Virus record (IMG/VR): IMGVR_UViG_3300029739_000183
Length of the DNA stretch: 64,000 nucleotides
Source: a virus
Lineage: Duplodnaviria; Heunggongvirae; Uroviricota; Caudoviricetes
Strand: one strand, 5' to 3'
The position numbers were made by a program, and so were the translations under genes. The notes below the pieces were generated by a model that was not told the origin of the DNA, made no database searches, and saw only the letters and a list, made by a program, of their open reading frames with translations. Positions 40,007 through 49,700 of the stretch are shown piece after piece (the first letter of the stretch is position 1; every line of letters starts with the position of its first letter).

Positions 40007-40038
40007 AAGGCAACCTTCAATGAAGGCTGCCTTTTTTA
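40006..40038. terminator. bidirectional terminator hairpin
   Basis: AAAAGGCAACCTTCAATGAAGGCTGCCTTTTTT hairpin. Confidence 0.5.
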
Positions 40039-40551
40039 ACTTACTAAAGATGTCCATATAACTGGGTCATTTCTTTGATAGTTTTTATCGCCTTGCTTTT
40101 TCCAACCGTCATGGTAATATGTTCCATCTGGTCCTTTCCACACAATAGAGCCATTATCAGAAACAGGATGTACATGTTGTAGAAAATAAGATAGGTTCAA
40201 TTTTTGTGCGGCACCTAAAACAGATGCACAAAATGCATCGACACCATCTGCTATTAAAATGGCGATAAATGTGGATTTATCTCTGTCAAAAACCTGTGCC
40301 CAACAGTTTGTATATTCTTCTTTTTCTTCTGCTGAAACATCCCGTAAGTCACATAGATTCAATCCAATCTTTAAAGCCTCCAATATCAGATCATTTAGAA
40401 CTTTATTTAATGCTTTTTTGTAGCGTTCCTCAACAGTTGTTGATATAAGAATAAATCCTTTATCATCCTCAGATATCTTTACATCAAATTTCAACACTTC
40501 CTGATTTTTCTTTAAAAGATCATATTTTTTCTTTAAATCCATTGTGTTCAT
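40036..40551 (-). CDS. hypothetical protein (171 aa), second gene of the nucleotidase-kinase operon
   Basis: Its start overlaps the stop of the upstream gene (ATGA). No recognisable family. Confidence 0.45.
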   Translation of the reverse strand: MNTMDLKKKYDLLKKNQEVLKFDVKISEDDKGFILISTTVEERYKKALNKVLNDLILEALKIGLNLCDLRDVSAEEKEEYTNCWAQVFDRDKSTFIAILIADGVDAFCASVLGAAQKLNLSYFLQHVHPVSDNGSIVWKGPDGTYYHDGWKKQGDKNYQRNDPVIWTSLVS

Positions 40552-41621
40552 TCTTTTTCCTCCATGATCTGTAATATCGTATTCACCGTTTTATCAAGTT
40601 CTCCATCATTTGGGATAATATAATCACAAAAGTTTTTATTCTTTTGCTCTTCTTCCAGCCCTGCAATACGGCTGACAGTTATATCCAATGGTAGCTTTCT
40701 TTGTAATATGCTGCGGATGCAGTCTTCTTTTGGTCGGTCTATATATAATAAGGAAGTGTCATCTGGATAACGTTTTTTAATGCGTAATGCACCATTGATA
40801 TCCAGTATGGACAGTAGTTGTTTGCCGGTACGAAACACTTCCAGCTCATCCCAGGCTGTTCCATAATAAGCCCCTTTGTATCTTGTTACCTCTGCAAAAA
40901 ATCCCTCTTTCTCTTTCTTAAAGAATTCTTCTTCGGTGATAAAGTGATAGGACTCTCCTTTATGTCGTGGGAGACGGGTTGTATAACTTATCGTTTGACA
41001 TACAGTAGATTCTTTTTTCAGTAATTCCGATACCAGACTACTTTTTCCCGATGCTGATGGTCCAACCAGTATAAAGATATTTTTCCGTAAAGGTCTGTTG
41101 TGCTGGTCTAACAAAGAAATTATTTTTAAAAATTCATCATAAGATGATATTTTAGGGATACCTGTTACCTTTTCATTCCATGGGCGTTTAAATAAAAATG
41201 GATATCGCACAGGGGAAGAAAGAACATTATGCAGAGCATCATCTAATAATACATCTGCTGTCAGAAGATCTTTTCTTTGTCCAATCAGTATATTCGCTGG
41301 GTCAATGGAGGGGAACTTTTGAATGATCTCATTTACCCTTACTCCGGCACAATCAGGGTGTATACTTGTTGCAATAAACACTTCGTGGTTTTTTGTAAGT
41401 TGTTTTACAAAATTCTGCGCCCCTTTTTTTAATGGTATCTTTTCCATAAAAGCAGGATCTTTAAAATATTTTATCCTTTCATCGAGCAATGTTCCGGTTT
41501 TCCCCCAGTCATGGATGTCAGATAAAAAGAATCGAGTTCTTTTTTCTTTGTTTAATCTGTCTACAGCTGCTTGATTACAGTCATTTAATACATCATCATA
41601 ATCAATGATTATCTTTAGCAT
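40548..41621 (-). CDS. fusion protein: N-terminal 5'(3')-deoxyribonucleotidase (NT5C/HAD) domain + C-terminal guanylate kinase domain
   Basis: The N-terminus has the HAD DxDx(V/T) motif (IIDYDDVLND) and a later LLDDALHN motif. The C-terminus has a P-loop (LVGPSASGKSSL), SYTTRLPRHKGESYHFITEEEF, YKGAYYGT and ILDINGALRIKK, which are typical of Gmk. RBS AAGGAGGA lies 6 nt before the ATG. Confidence 0.6.
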   Translation of the reverse strand: MLKIIIDYDDVLNDCNQAAVDRLNKEKRTRFFLSDIHDWGKTGTLLDERIKYFKDPAFMEKIPLKKGAQNFVKQLTKNHEVFIATSIHPDCAGVRVNEIIQKFPSIDPANILIGQRKDLLTADVLLDDALHNVLSSPVRYPFLFKRPWNEKVTGIPKISSYDEFLKIISLLDQHNRPLRKNIFILVGPSASGKSSLVSELLKKESTVCQTISYTTRLPRHKGESYHFITEEEFFKKEKEGFFAEVTRYKGAYYGTAWDELEVFRTGKQLLSILDINGALRIKKRYPDDTSLLYIDRPKEDCIRSILQRKLPLDITVSRIAGLEEEQKNKNFCDYIIPNDGELDKTVNTILQIMEEKE

Positions 41622-41730
41622 GATTCATCCTCCTTGTTTTGAATAGTTTTTACACATTTAATCTGTAAAAAAGAGAATCTATAGATTTCTTCACATTAGG
41701 GTAAAGAAATGAAACAAGGAGGAATAAAAA

Positions 41731-42447
41731 ATGCCATATATTGAACAGGAAAAATTGCAGAGATTGATACAAGATGTGAATATCTTAGATGTTGTAAATT
41801 ATCTAGGGATTGCATGTCATAAAAAAGGGAGTAATTATTTTTTACTGTGTCCATCTCCAGAACATAATGATACTCATGCTACAAATTGTTACTGTAAAGA
41901 TGGTGGAACTCGTGTGGTATGTAAAGCGTGTGGATACTTTGCATCACCGATTGAGCTTGTGAAAGATGTTACAGGGATGTCTTTTTTTGATGCTGTAAAT
42001 GTAGTATGGGAAATTGCGGGGTGCCCTTCTTATTTATACGAAATGGAACCAGAGAAAAAATGTTCTTTTTATCTAACATATAAAGAAGCCCAGCTTATCG
42101 GTATTAAATTACCAAATCATATCTATCTGCCGATAGGAGAAGATGATTGTAAAGAAGTAAAAAAAATCACGAAGGATAGAGCGTATGACCCAAAGCGGTT
42201 AGAGTATGTTTATTGTAAAAAAGAAAGGATAAGCTGGAAGTCATTTTTTTCCGAGCGTGAATTTGCTGCCCTTGTTTATGATAAAGCACTGGAAAAGAAA
42301 CAACGATTTTCTGATATGGAAAAACAGCTTCAGTCCTTTGCTGGAAAGCAGGAAGTTTTTGATGTTGATATATTGAAACAGTCTATAAAAGAATATATTA
42401 GTGAGTTAAATAAGATATTATTCCGAGCAAGAAATGCTTATGCGTGA
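41731..42447 (+). CDS. DnaG-type primase CHC2 zinc-finger domain protein (no TOPRIM/catalytic core)
   Basis: N-terminal IDVVNYLGI..LLCPSPEHNDTHATNCYC..VCKACGYFASPIELV matches the CHC2 zinc-binding domain of DnaG. The remaining ~140 aa are unrelated to the primase core. RBS ACAAGGAGGAAT upstream. Confidence 0.55.
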   Translation: MPYIEQEKLQRLIQDVNILDVVNYLGIACHKKGSNYFLLCPSPEHNDTHATNCYCKDGGTRVVCKACGYFASPIELVKDVTGMSFFDAVNVVWEIAGCPSYLYEMEPEKKCSFYLTYKEAQLIGIKLPNHIYLPIGEDDCKEVKKITKDRAYDPKRLEYVYCKKERISWKSFFSEREFAALVYDKALEKKQRFSDMEKQLQSFAGKQEVFDVDILKQSIKEYISELNKILFRARNAYA

Positions 42448-42456
42448 ATGGCATAA

Positions 42457-42488
42457 CAAAAGAGAGGGTTTAGTCCCTCTTTTTTTGT
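42457..42488 (+). terminator. Rho-independent terminator
   Basis: AAAAGAGAGGGTTTAGTCCCTCTTTTTTTG hairpin. Confidence 0.5.
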
Positions 42489-42584
42489 ATCTTTCCATTT
42501 TTTTCAGCTATCATGCGACAACTGCGGATAAAAAAAACATATTAAGGATTAAACAAATTGTTGCAACAAGAAAGGAGAAACTAT

Positions 42585-44945
42585 ATGAATCGTCTTGCAA
42601 AGGAAAAGGTATATCGATCTGTATACCAGATGGCAAAAGAACTTCCGGAAGTAACAAATCTCCGGTATCCAGAAGAAAGGAAACATTATGATTTTAGTTG
42701 CAATGTAGGTATTGCAGCGGTATCGTTCCGTCTGAACAATGACAGCGATATGTATATGCTTCGAGGGTTAGTCCCGTGTGGGGATGCAAGTAAGAAACGG
42801 TTTGGTGAAGAAGTTAAGCCGTTTTTTGACAGCCTGGAGGGAAAAGAAGACTGTATTACAATTTTTGCGGCAAACAATGCGGTTGTCATCAAAGTTGCTT
42901 CTACAGCAACAGGCATGGATGATGAAAAAGCAGTAGAAAAAATTGAAAAAGAAGCGAAGGACTTCTTCTCTTATTTAACAAAAAACAAAGATGTGATTGA
43001 AGCTTATCAGGCAGAAAAAGGTGAAAAAACAGAGGAAAAAGAAGAGGCTGCGGAAGAAGAAACTGTAAAAAAAGAAAATTTAAAAAATAGTGAAGCTGCA
43101 AAAGCTCCCGTGCCTCCTACAGTTCTTGCCAGCGTGATGACAAGTTTAAAAAATGCAAAAGAAGAAAAAAAGATGCCGGAGAAAATGGAAGAAAAAACAA
43201 CTCCGATTAAAAAAGAACAGCCAGAAAAAGCAGAATCTGCACAAAAAATGTATATGAATTTGCAAAAACTTGAAGAAGAAAAAGCTTCTTTCAAACAGTA
43301 CCAGAAAGATCAGGAGCATCTGCTGAAAACAGAAAAGGATAAGCTGACAAAACGGCAGAATAAACTTAATAAAGAGAAAAGCGTTCTTGAAAATGAAAAA
43401 AAATCTCTCCTTGAAGAAAGAGAACAGTTATTGGAAAATCGAAAAAATTTATTATCACAGCAACAGGCATTTGATGAGAAAAAAAGCAAGCTAGAAGAAC
43501 AGGTACTTGGGTTTAAAAAGGAACAGAAAGCGTTCCAAAAAGAAAAAGATACATGGGATGCAACCACTTTAGATGAACGGCTGATACAGCGCCGTAAAGA
43601 ATTAGAGAAATCGGAAAATAATCTTTATAAGAAAGAAGAGGAATTCCAGACATTTCAAGAGACTACATTGGCTGATATCGGAAAGCGACTGGATGATGTA
43701 GCAGACAAAGAGAAAGAATTGATAAAGCAGGAAGAAAGTCTCCATGCCCGGGATGCAAAGATGAAAGAATGCGAGATGGATATCGAGCTTCGATACAAAA
43801 AATTGGAGGATAAAGAAAGAACTGCCGCTAAAAAAGAAGTGGAATTATCTGACAAAGAAGCTGCCGTCCGCCGAACGGAGATCGTAAAAAAAGATGCCGA
43901 GAACAAATTAAAGCAGTTAGAGATTACGGAAAAGAATCTGACAAATCGAAAAGAACAGTTAGATATGAAAGAATCAGAACTACAGAAAAGACAGGAAGCT
44001 TTTGAAAAGAAATATCATCAAGCTCTGGAAGAACTTGCTTCCCTTGATCGAAAAAAAGAAGAATTGCAAGAGAAAGAGGAAGAACTTCGCAGCATGATTG
44101 GTGCTAATGAAAAATTAGAGCAGCAGCTTAAAGAGCTTAAAGAGGATACCTCTGAGACAAGAAAAGTACTTGATAAAAAAGATGGGCTGATCAAAGCAAA
44201 AGAGGGTACGATCAAAGAACAGAAAAAGACAATACGCTCGCTTAATGATGAGTTATCACAGATGCAGCAGAAAAATAACTCCCTTTCAGCAGAAAAAAAA
44301 GACTTACAGGATAAATTATCCTATTCAGAAGAAAAAACAGCATCTCTTGAAGACGAGATTGCAAAAGTTCGGTCTAATCTGTACGATGTAAAAGAAAAAA
44401 TAAAATCTGCTAAACCAACAGATGAAAAAGAAAAAAATACTGTACTCGCTGAAAAAAAACAACTCAAGGAAGAAAATGAGAAACTGAAGGCAGAGATGGA
44501 TAAAAACTCTCATTCATATCAAGAATCTATGAAAGAGATGAACTATGAACTTGATAGCTCACGGAATAAAATTACAGAGCTGGAGAGCCTCTTAAAAGAA
44601 GCTAATATGGAAGTAGAAGAGCTGAAAAAGGATTCGATTCTTCCATTTGATTTCGATCCAAATACAATCGGTGCAAAAGAGATTGTAAGTGAACGTCAGG
44701 GCTTGTATGCGGCAACAATAGATAATTGCACCGTCTATGTTGATACAGAAAATTATGTCCTGCAGTTCAAGAAAACAGTACGCCGCCCATCCAAATATGC
44801 CAAAAAGCTTATGACATGGAATGAAGAAAGTATTAATGAAACATATTACATCACTGCATCTGCGTTATGTTGCAGAAAAACATGCCGATCAAATATCAAT
44901 GATGAAATGCAAAGTGTCTTAGAGCGTTTTGCATCTGTCAAATGA
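42585..44945 (+). CDS. large coiled-coil protein (786 aa) with globular N- and C-terminal domains
   Basis: Start at 42585 with an AAAGGAGAAACT RBS. About 570 aa of heptad-like E/K/L-rich sequence lies between a ~140 aa N-terminal domain and an ~80 aa Cys-containing C-terminal domain. Confidence 0.5.
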   Translation: MNRLAKEKVYRSVYQMAKELPEVTNLRYPEERKHYDFSCNVGIAAVSFRLNNDSDMYMLRGLVPCGDASKKRFGEEVKPFFDSLEGKEDCITIFAANNAVVIKVASTATGMDDEKAVEKIEKEAKDFFSYLTKNKDVIEAYQAEKGEKTEEKEEAAEEETVKKENLKNSEAAKAPVPPTVLASVMTSLKNAKEEKKMPEKMEEKTTPIKKEQPEKAESAQKMYMNLQKLEEEKASFKQYQKDQEHLLKTEKDKLTKRQNKLNKEKSVLENEKKSLLEEREQLLENRKNLLSQQQAFDEKKSKLEEQVLGFKKEQKAFQKEKDTWDATTLDERLIQRRKELEKSENNLYKKEEEFQTFQETTLADIGKRLDDVADKEKELIKQEESLHARDAKMKECEMDIELRYKKLEDKERTAAKKEVELSDKEAAVRRTEIVKKDAENKLKQLEITEKNLTNRKEQLDMKESELQKRQEAFEKKYHQALEELASLDRKKEELQEKEEELRSMIGANEKLEQQLKELKEDTSETRKVLDKKDGLIKAKEGTIKEQKKTIRSLNDELSQMQQKNNSLSAEKKDLQDKLSYSEEKTASLEDEIAKVRSNLYDVKEKIKSAKPTDEKEKNTVLAEKKQLKEENEKLKAEMDKNSHSYQESMKEMNYELDSSRNKITELESLLKEANMEVEELKKDSILPFDFDPNTIGAKEIVSERQGLYAATIDNCTVYVDTENYVLQFKKTVRRPSKYAKKLMTWNEESINETYYITASALCCRKTCRSNINDEMQSVLERFASVK

Positions 44946-44962
44946 TAAGGAAGGTGATATAT

Positions 44963-45373
44963 ATGCAAAATTTAATCATATGTTTTGGACTGGGCATTAT
45001 GGTGGCAGCTATTATCGTAGGAATCATTGTTTTTATGATATGTCGCAAAAAAGAAAAAAGAGTGCAATACTACATTCATTCTTTTAAAGATTGTTTTCGT
45101 GAAAAACAAGATATACGGTTAACAATGCTTACACTGTTAGAAAAATACAAAAAGAATAGTAAAGAAGCAGAGGCATTAAAAGCTGGACTGTATTATCTTG
45201 ATAAGTCTATTCTACAAGATTATGATAGTGCGTTGGAATATATTGCTCGTTTGTTTGATGATGACAGAGTAGATAAGATACATTCCCAAAGTATTCATTT
45301 TGTATGGAAAAACAGACAAGGCATTATCGCATTGCCTAAAAAAGGAGAAAGTGATATGAGGGGAGGAGAATAA
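44963..45373 (+). CDS. small membrane protein (single N-terminal TM)
   Basis: Start at 44963 with an AAGGAAGG RBS. The N-terminal hydrophobic helix is followed by a basic stretch. Confidence 0.4.
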   Translation: MQNLIICFGLGIMVAAIIVGIIVFMICRKKEKRVQYYIHSFKDCFREKQDIRLTMLTLLEKYKKNSKEAEALKAGLYYLDKSILQDYDSALEYIARLFDDDRVDKIHSQSIHFVWKNRQGIIALPKKGESDMRGGE

Positions 45374-45375
45374 TC

Positions 45376-46647
45376 ATGAAAGACCAGATAAAAAATATAC
45401 TCTGGACTCTTCGGTGGGTGATCTTACTTCTTATACTTTTTTTGGGATTTACGCTTATTACAAAAGTGATTCTGCCGGGATATAATGAAAAAATGACAAA
45501 TAGATCCCCTATTGTATCAATCTATGTTAAAAATAACAAAGAATATAAAAGAACGGATAAAATAAATCCAGAAGATTTCTCTGTTACCGCAAAACATAAG
45601 AATGGTAAAACATCTGTGGTAGATGTATCAGATTTTACGATATCAAAAAATCATGTAAATCGAGTTGGAAAAACAACGCCAATTGATGTTCAGTTAAAAA
45701 ATGAAAAAGAAATCAGTTGCACTACAAAGGTGAAAAATCATCGAGATGCCATTCTTCGTTTTAATTGTGGAAATCCAAATTTAAAATCTGTAAAAGCAAC
45801 ACTGTATGATAACGGAGAGCTATGTTTTGAAGGTAAAGGTGATGTATTACAGTTTGAAAACTTCCCATGGCTTGACAGTTATGATCAGCAGGATGATTAT
45901 CCTATTGAGTCCGTTACATTTGAAGATGGCGTAACCCCTGTAGTTATGGATAACTGGTTTAATGGACTGGAAACTTTGGAATATGTTGGGAAATTACCTA
46001 GTTCGATTGAGAGTTTAAATGCTACATTTTCTGGCTGCATCGCCTTAAAAGAAGGAGCGGACTGGAGTGCCTGCACTAATTTAAAAAATATCAATGAAGC
46101 GTATAGTGGATGTACTTCTATCACCAAGATACCAACAGTTCCGGTATCTGTCGTGGTTGCTGATAAGTTATGTCAGGGCGCATCAGAATTACTAGAAGCA
46201 CCGGATCTGTCTAAGGCGGAATATTTAGAAACCGCTGTATCCAGTTTTGAAGGATGTATAAAACTTACAAAAGCCTCTATGCCGCCAAAACTGAAAATCA
46301 TGTCAAATATGTACAGCAAATGCATTAACATGAAAGAAATGCCACAGATACCAGAAACGGTATATGCAATGGATGGGGCATTTTCCGGTGATATTTCTTT
46401 ATCAAAATTATCTACAATTCCGGCAGGAGTAATCACATTGGACAGTTGTTTTTCTGACTGTAAAAAAGCGGAAGGAGAGATAACGATCAATGCCACCCCA
46501 AGTAGTTTTAACTCATGCTTTAATAATGCAGCGATTGCTACAAAAGTGAATATCACAGGACAGTCTAAAAACGCTACAGAAATTGCTGCAACAGCAGACA
46601 ATCATAATGTATTAGTGAACGGAAAAGAAGTAATTATAAACAATTAG
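45376..46647 (+). CDS. BspA-type leucine-rich-repeat surface protein with N-terminal membrane anchor
   Basis: Repeated ~22-aa units containing F.GC..L...P (SFEGCIKLTKASMP, FSGCIALKEG, YSGCTSITKIP, FSDCKKAEGEI) match the LRR_5/BspA pattern. N-terminal TM helix. Its start is coupled to the upstream gene. Confidence 0.5.
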   Translation: MKDQIKNILWTLRWVILLLILFLGFTLITKVILPGYNEKMTNRSPIVSIYVKNNKEYKRTDKINPEDFSVTAKHKNGKTSVVDVSDFTISKNHVNRVGKTTPIDVQLKNEKEISCTTKVKNHRDAILRFNCGNPNLKSVKATLYDNGELCFEGKGDVLQFENFPWLDSYDQQDDYPIESVTFEDGVTPVVMDNWFNGLETLEYVGKLPSSIESLNATFSGCIALKEGADWSACTNLKNINEAYSGCTSITKIPTVPVSVVVADKLCQGASELLEAPDLSKAEYLETAVSSFEGCIKLTKASMPPKLKIMSNMYSKCINMKEMPQIPETVYAMDGAFSGDISLSKLSTIPAGVITLDSCFSDCKKAEGEITINATPSSFNSCFNNAAIATKVNITGQSKNATEIAATADNHNVLVNGKEVIINN

Positions 46648-46699
46648 CAAAAAGGCATCATTTATGGAAAAAGTCCATAATGATGTCTTTTTTTATATA

Positions 46700-46721
46700 A
46701 AAAAAGAATTCGATTCTTTTT
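46700..46721 (+). repeat. palindromic element AAAAAGAATTCGATTCTTTTT
   Basis: Copy 6 of the palindrome family; 64 nt upstream of the dnaE ATG. It is preceded by a separate terminator hairpin (GCATCATTTATGG..CCATAATGATGTC). Confidence 0.6.
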
Positions 46722-46784
46722 CTTACAAAAATAAAAAGAAAAAATCATGTTATATATTGACAAGAGGAAGGAGAGGATTAAATT

Positions 46785-49700
46785 ATGGTAAAAAATGGTT
46801 TTTTGCATTGCCACACAATGTATTCTTTGTTTGATTCGGCTATTACTCCGAACGATTTGGTAAAACGAGCAAAGGAACTGGGAGCGAAAAATATTACATT
46901 AACAGATCATGGGACATTACTTGGCATAGAACCGTTTATGGATGCGGGAAAAGAATATGGGATTAACACAATCCCTGGAGTAGAATTATATCTTGCAAAT
47001 AGAGAACATTTTATCCTGTTTGCCAAAAACTATACAGGATACCAAGCCATCTCGAAAACAATGCGGAATGCTAATTATGAGACATCTAAAAGAAACAAAA
47101 AAGGAGAAGAAGGGAGCCAGAAGAGTTACGCATGTGTACCAGATGATGTATTATCACAATTAAAAGGTAATAAAGATATCATAGCTACAACTGCCTGTAT
47201 GCAAGGACCTATCGCAAAAATTTTACTTTATAATTTCCGTATCTTGAGAAAGATAAAAAAATTGAAAATCTCTAAAGAAAAGATAGAAAAAGCGTATCTT
47301 AATTATAAAAAAGCAACTGAAGATATAGAAATCTTTTTAGAAAAGAAAAAAGAATTAAAAAAGGAAGAGACGAATCATAAAAAAAACACATCTTCCCAAC
47401 AGCTAAAAACTATTCAGAAATTGAAAAAAGAAATTGAATCAGGACAGGTCTCTCTTTTTTATGAACAACAAATACGGACATATACTGATAAAAAAAATTT
47501 TTACGATTATTGTTTAAAACGCTTGAAAGATATAAAGAAAGAAACAGATGCCATCAATGTAAAAATAAAGGCTCTCCGTAAAATCAAAAAAAATCTGAAA
47601 ACCAAACATGACCGGTACGTCGAGCTTGCTTCCAGAATAAAAGAAATGGAGCAGCACTTGATAAAAGAAGAGGAACTTTATCAAAAAGCAAAGGAACTGA
47701 CAATGCATTATGCTGAAATCTTTCCTTGTTTTTATGTAGAGCTACAATATCATGGAATAGAAGAAGAAGCTTATATTATGCCGCAGCTTGCATCCATTGC
47801 AAAAGAGCTTGGTATACCCGTGATCGCCGGGAATGATGCACATATGGTAGATAGCACAGAAGACAGTTTACTTGCAAGGCAAACCATGCGGTTTAATTAT
47901 TTCGAACGGCATCAGAAGTTAGGAGAGGCTGATAAGGAACTATATCTAAAAACTGATGAAGAACTGATAAACACCTTGGAAAAAATTTTATCCCCAGAAA
48001 CAGTACGACAAGCAATGGCAAATCTATCCGTACTATCTGAATGCCATGTGACCATGCAGACAAAAGAGCATTACCCGAAGGTAAAAGATGGACCGTCTTT
48101 TAGTGAGCTTTTAGAAGAAGCAAGAGTTGAGAAGATAAAACAGGGTAAATGGAATGAAATATATGAAGCAAGATTGAGACATGAGATGAAAGTGATCAAA
48201 GAGATGGGATATGTGGATTATCATCTTGTTGTGCGAGATTTCTGTAATGCTGCTAGACAGCTTGGGACGATACCGAAAAATGAGATTCCGTACTGTCCAG
48301 ATGATTTTAATGAAGCTGTTCAGTGGGTAAAAGAAAAAGGATTTAAGACTGGGGTTGGAGTTGGACCTGGAAGAGGAAGTGCCAGTGGATCTTTAGTATG
48401 CTATCTTTTGGGAATCACAAATATAGATCCTGTTAGATACAATTTATTATTTGAGCGGTTTTTAAATCCAGAGAGAGTCTCTATGCCGGATATTGATACA
48501 GATGTAAAAACATCCCTGCGTCCTTTGATCATCCGCTATTTGAAATGGCGTTATGGAACAAGAGCAGTTTGTTCCATTGCAACGGAAAATACATATAAGG
48601 CGAAAGGAGCATTAAAAGCTGCCGGCAGAGACCGAGCCAGTGAACTATGCATACATCTGCCAAAAAAAGAATATAGTGCCGCTGTTTCTGATTACATGAA
48701 CAAATATGTATATCCTATCACAGATGCAATGGATGACAATGAGACTTTAAATGACCGAAATGTTGTTGACGGAACAGAAGAAGCAGTTATATGGCGAAGG
48801 GCTAAATTGATAGAAAATAAGCTTTTCGCTACAGGGTTACATGCCGGAGGTGTCGTTATATCCGATAATGATGATATCAATGAATATATCCCTCTTGCAT
48901 GGAATACAGAAAATCAAGTATGGGCTGCACAGTGTGACATGGTAAAGTTGGAAAAAAGAGGAATGCTTAAAATGGATCTGCTAGGATTAAGTACCCTAGA
49001 CATCATATCTGACTGCCTACAGCTGATTGAAAAACGAACAGGAAAAGTGATTAATCCAGACAATATCCCGTTTGAGCCAGTAGTTTTTCGCGAGATATAT
49101 GCCAAAGGAAGAACAAACAGTGTATTTCAGTTTGAAAGTCCAGGTATGAAAAAGATGCTTAAAGACTTCCAGCCGGAATCGATTGAAGATGTTATCTTAT
49201 TGGTAGCCGCATATCGTCCGGGTCCTATGCAATTTATCCCAGATATCATCGAAGTGAAAAAGGGAAGAAAAAAAGCATCTTATGTTGTCCCAGAATTAAA
49301 AGATATCTTGGATTCTACTTACGGCTATCCTGTTTACCAAGAACAGTTGATGAGCATCTTTCATGTTTGTGCTGGATTCAGCCTCGGAAAAGCGGATATT
49401 GTTCGAAGATATATGAGTAAAAAAAAGGTAGAAAAATTTTTAGAGTTTAAGCCAGAATTTGTTACGGGGTTAATGAATACAGGCGCGACAGAAGAAGGGG
49501 CGATAGAGTTGTGGGATTCTCTGACAGATTTTGCAAAGTATGCTTTTAATCGTTCTCATGCAGCTTCCTATGCGCTTGTCTCCTATCAGACAGCATGGTT
49601 GAAATACCACTATCCTGCTGAATTTTGCTGTGCAATGTTTAATAACAAAGAACAGAAAAAATTTACTCCGATCATAGATGACTGCAAAGAGTTTCATGTT

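Noticed and set aside
43007-44513. Several 60-95 aa minus-strand ORFs
   Set aside because: All are antisense to the coiled-coil gene, whose E/K-rich repeats give open S/F/L-rich reverse frames, and none has an RBS.
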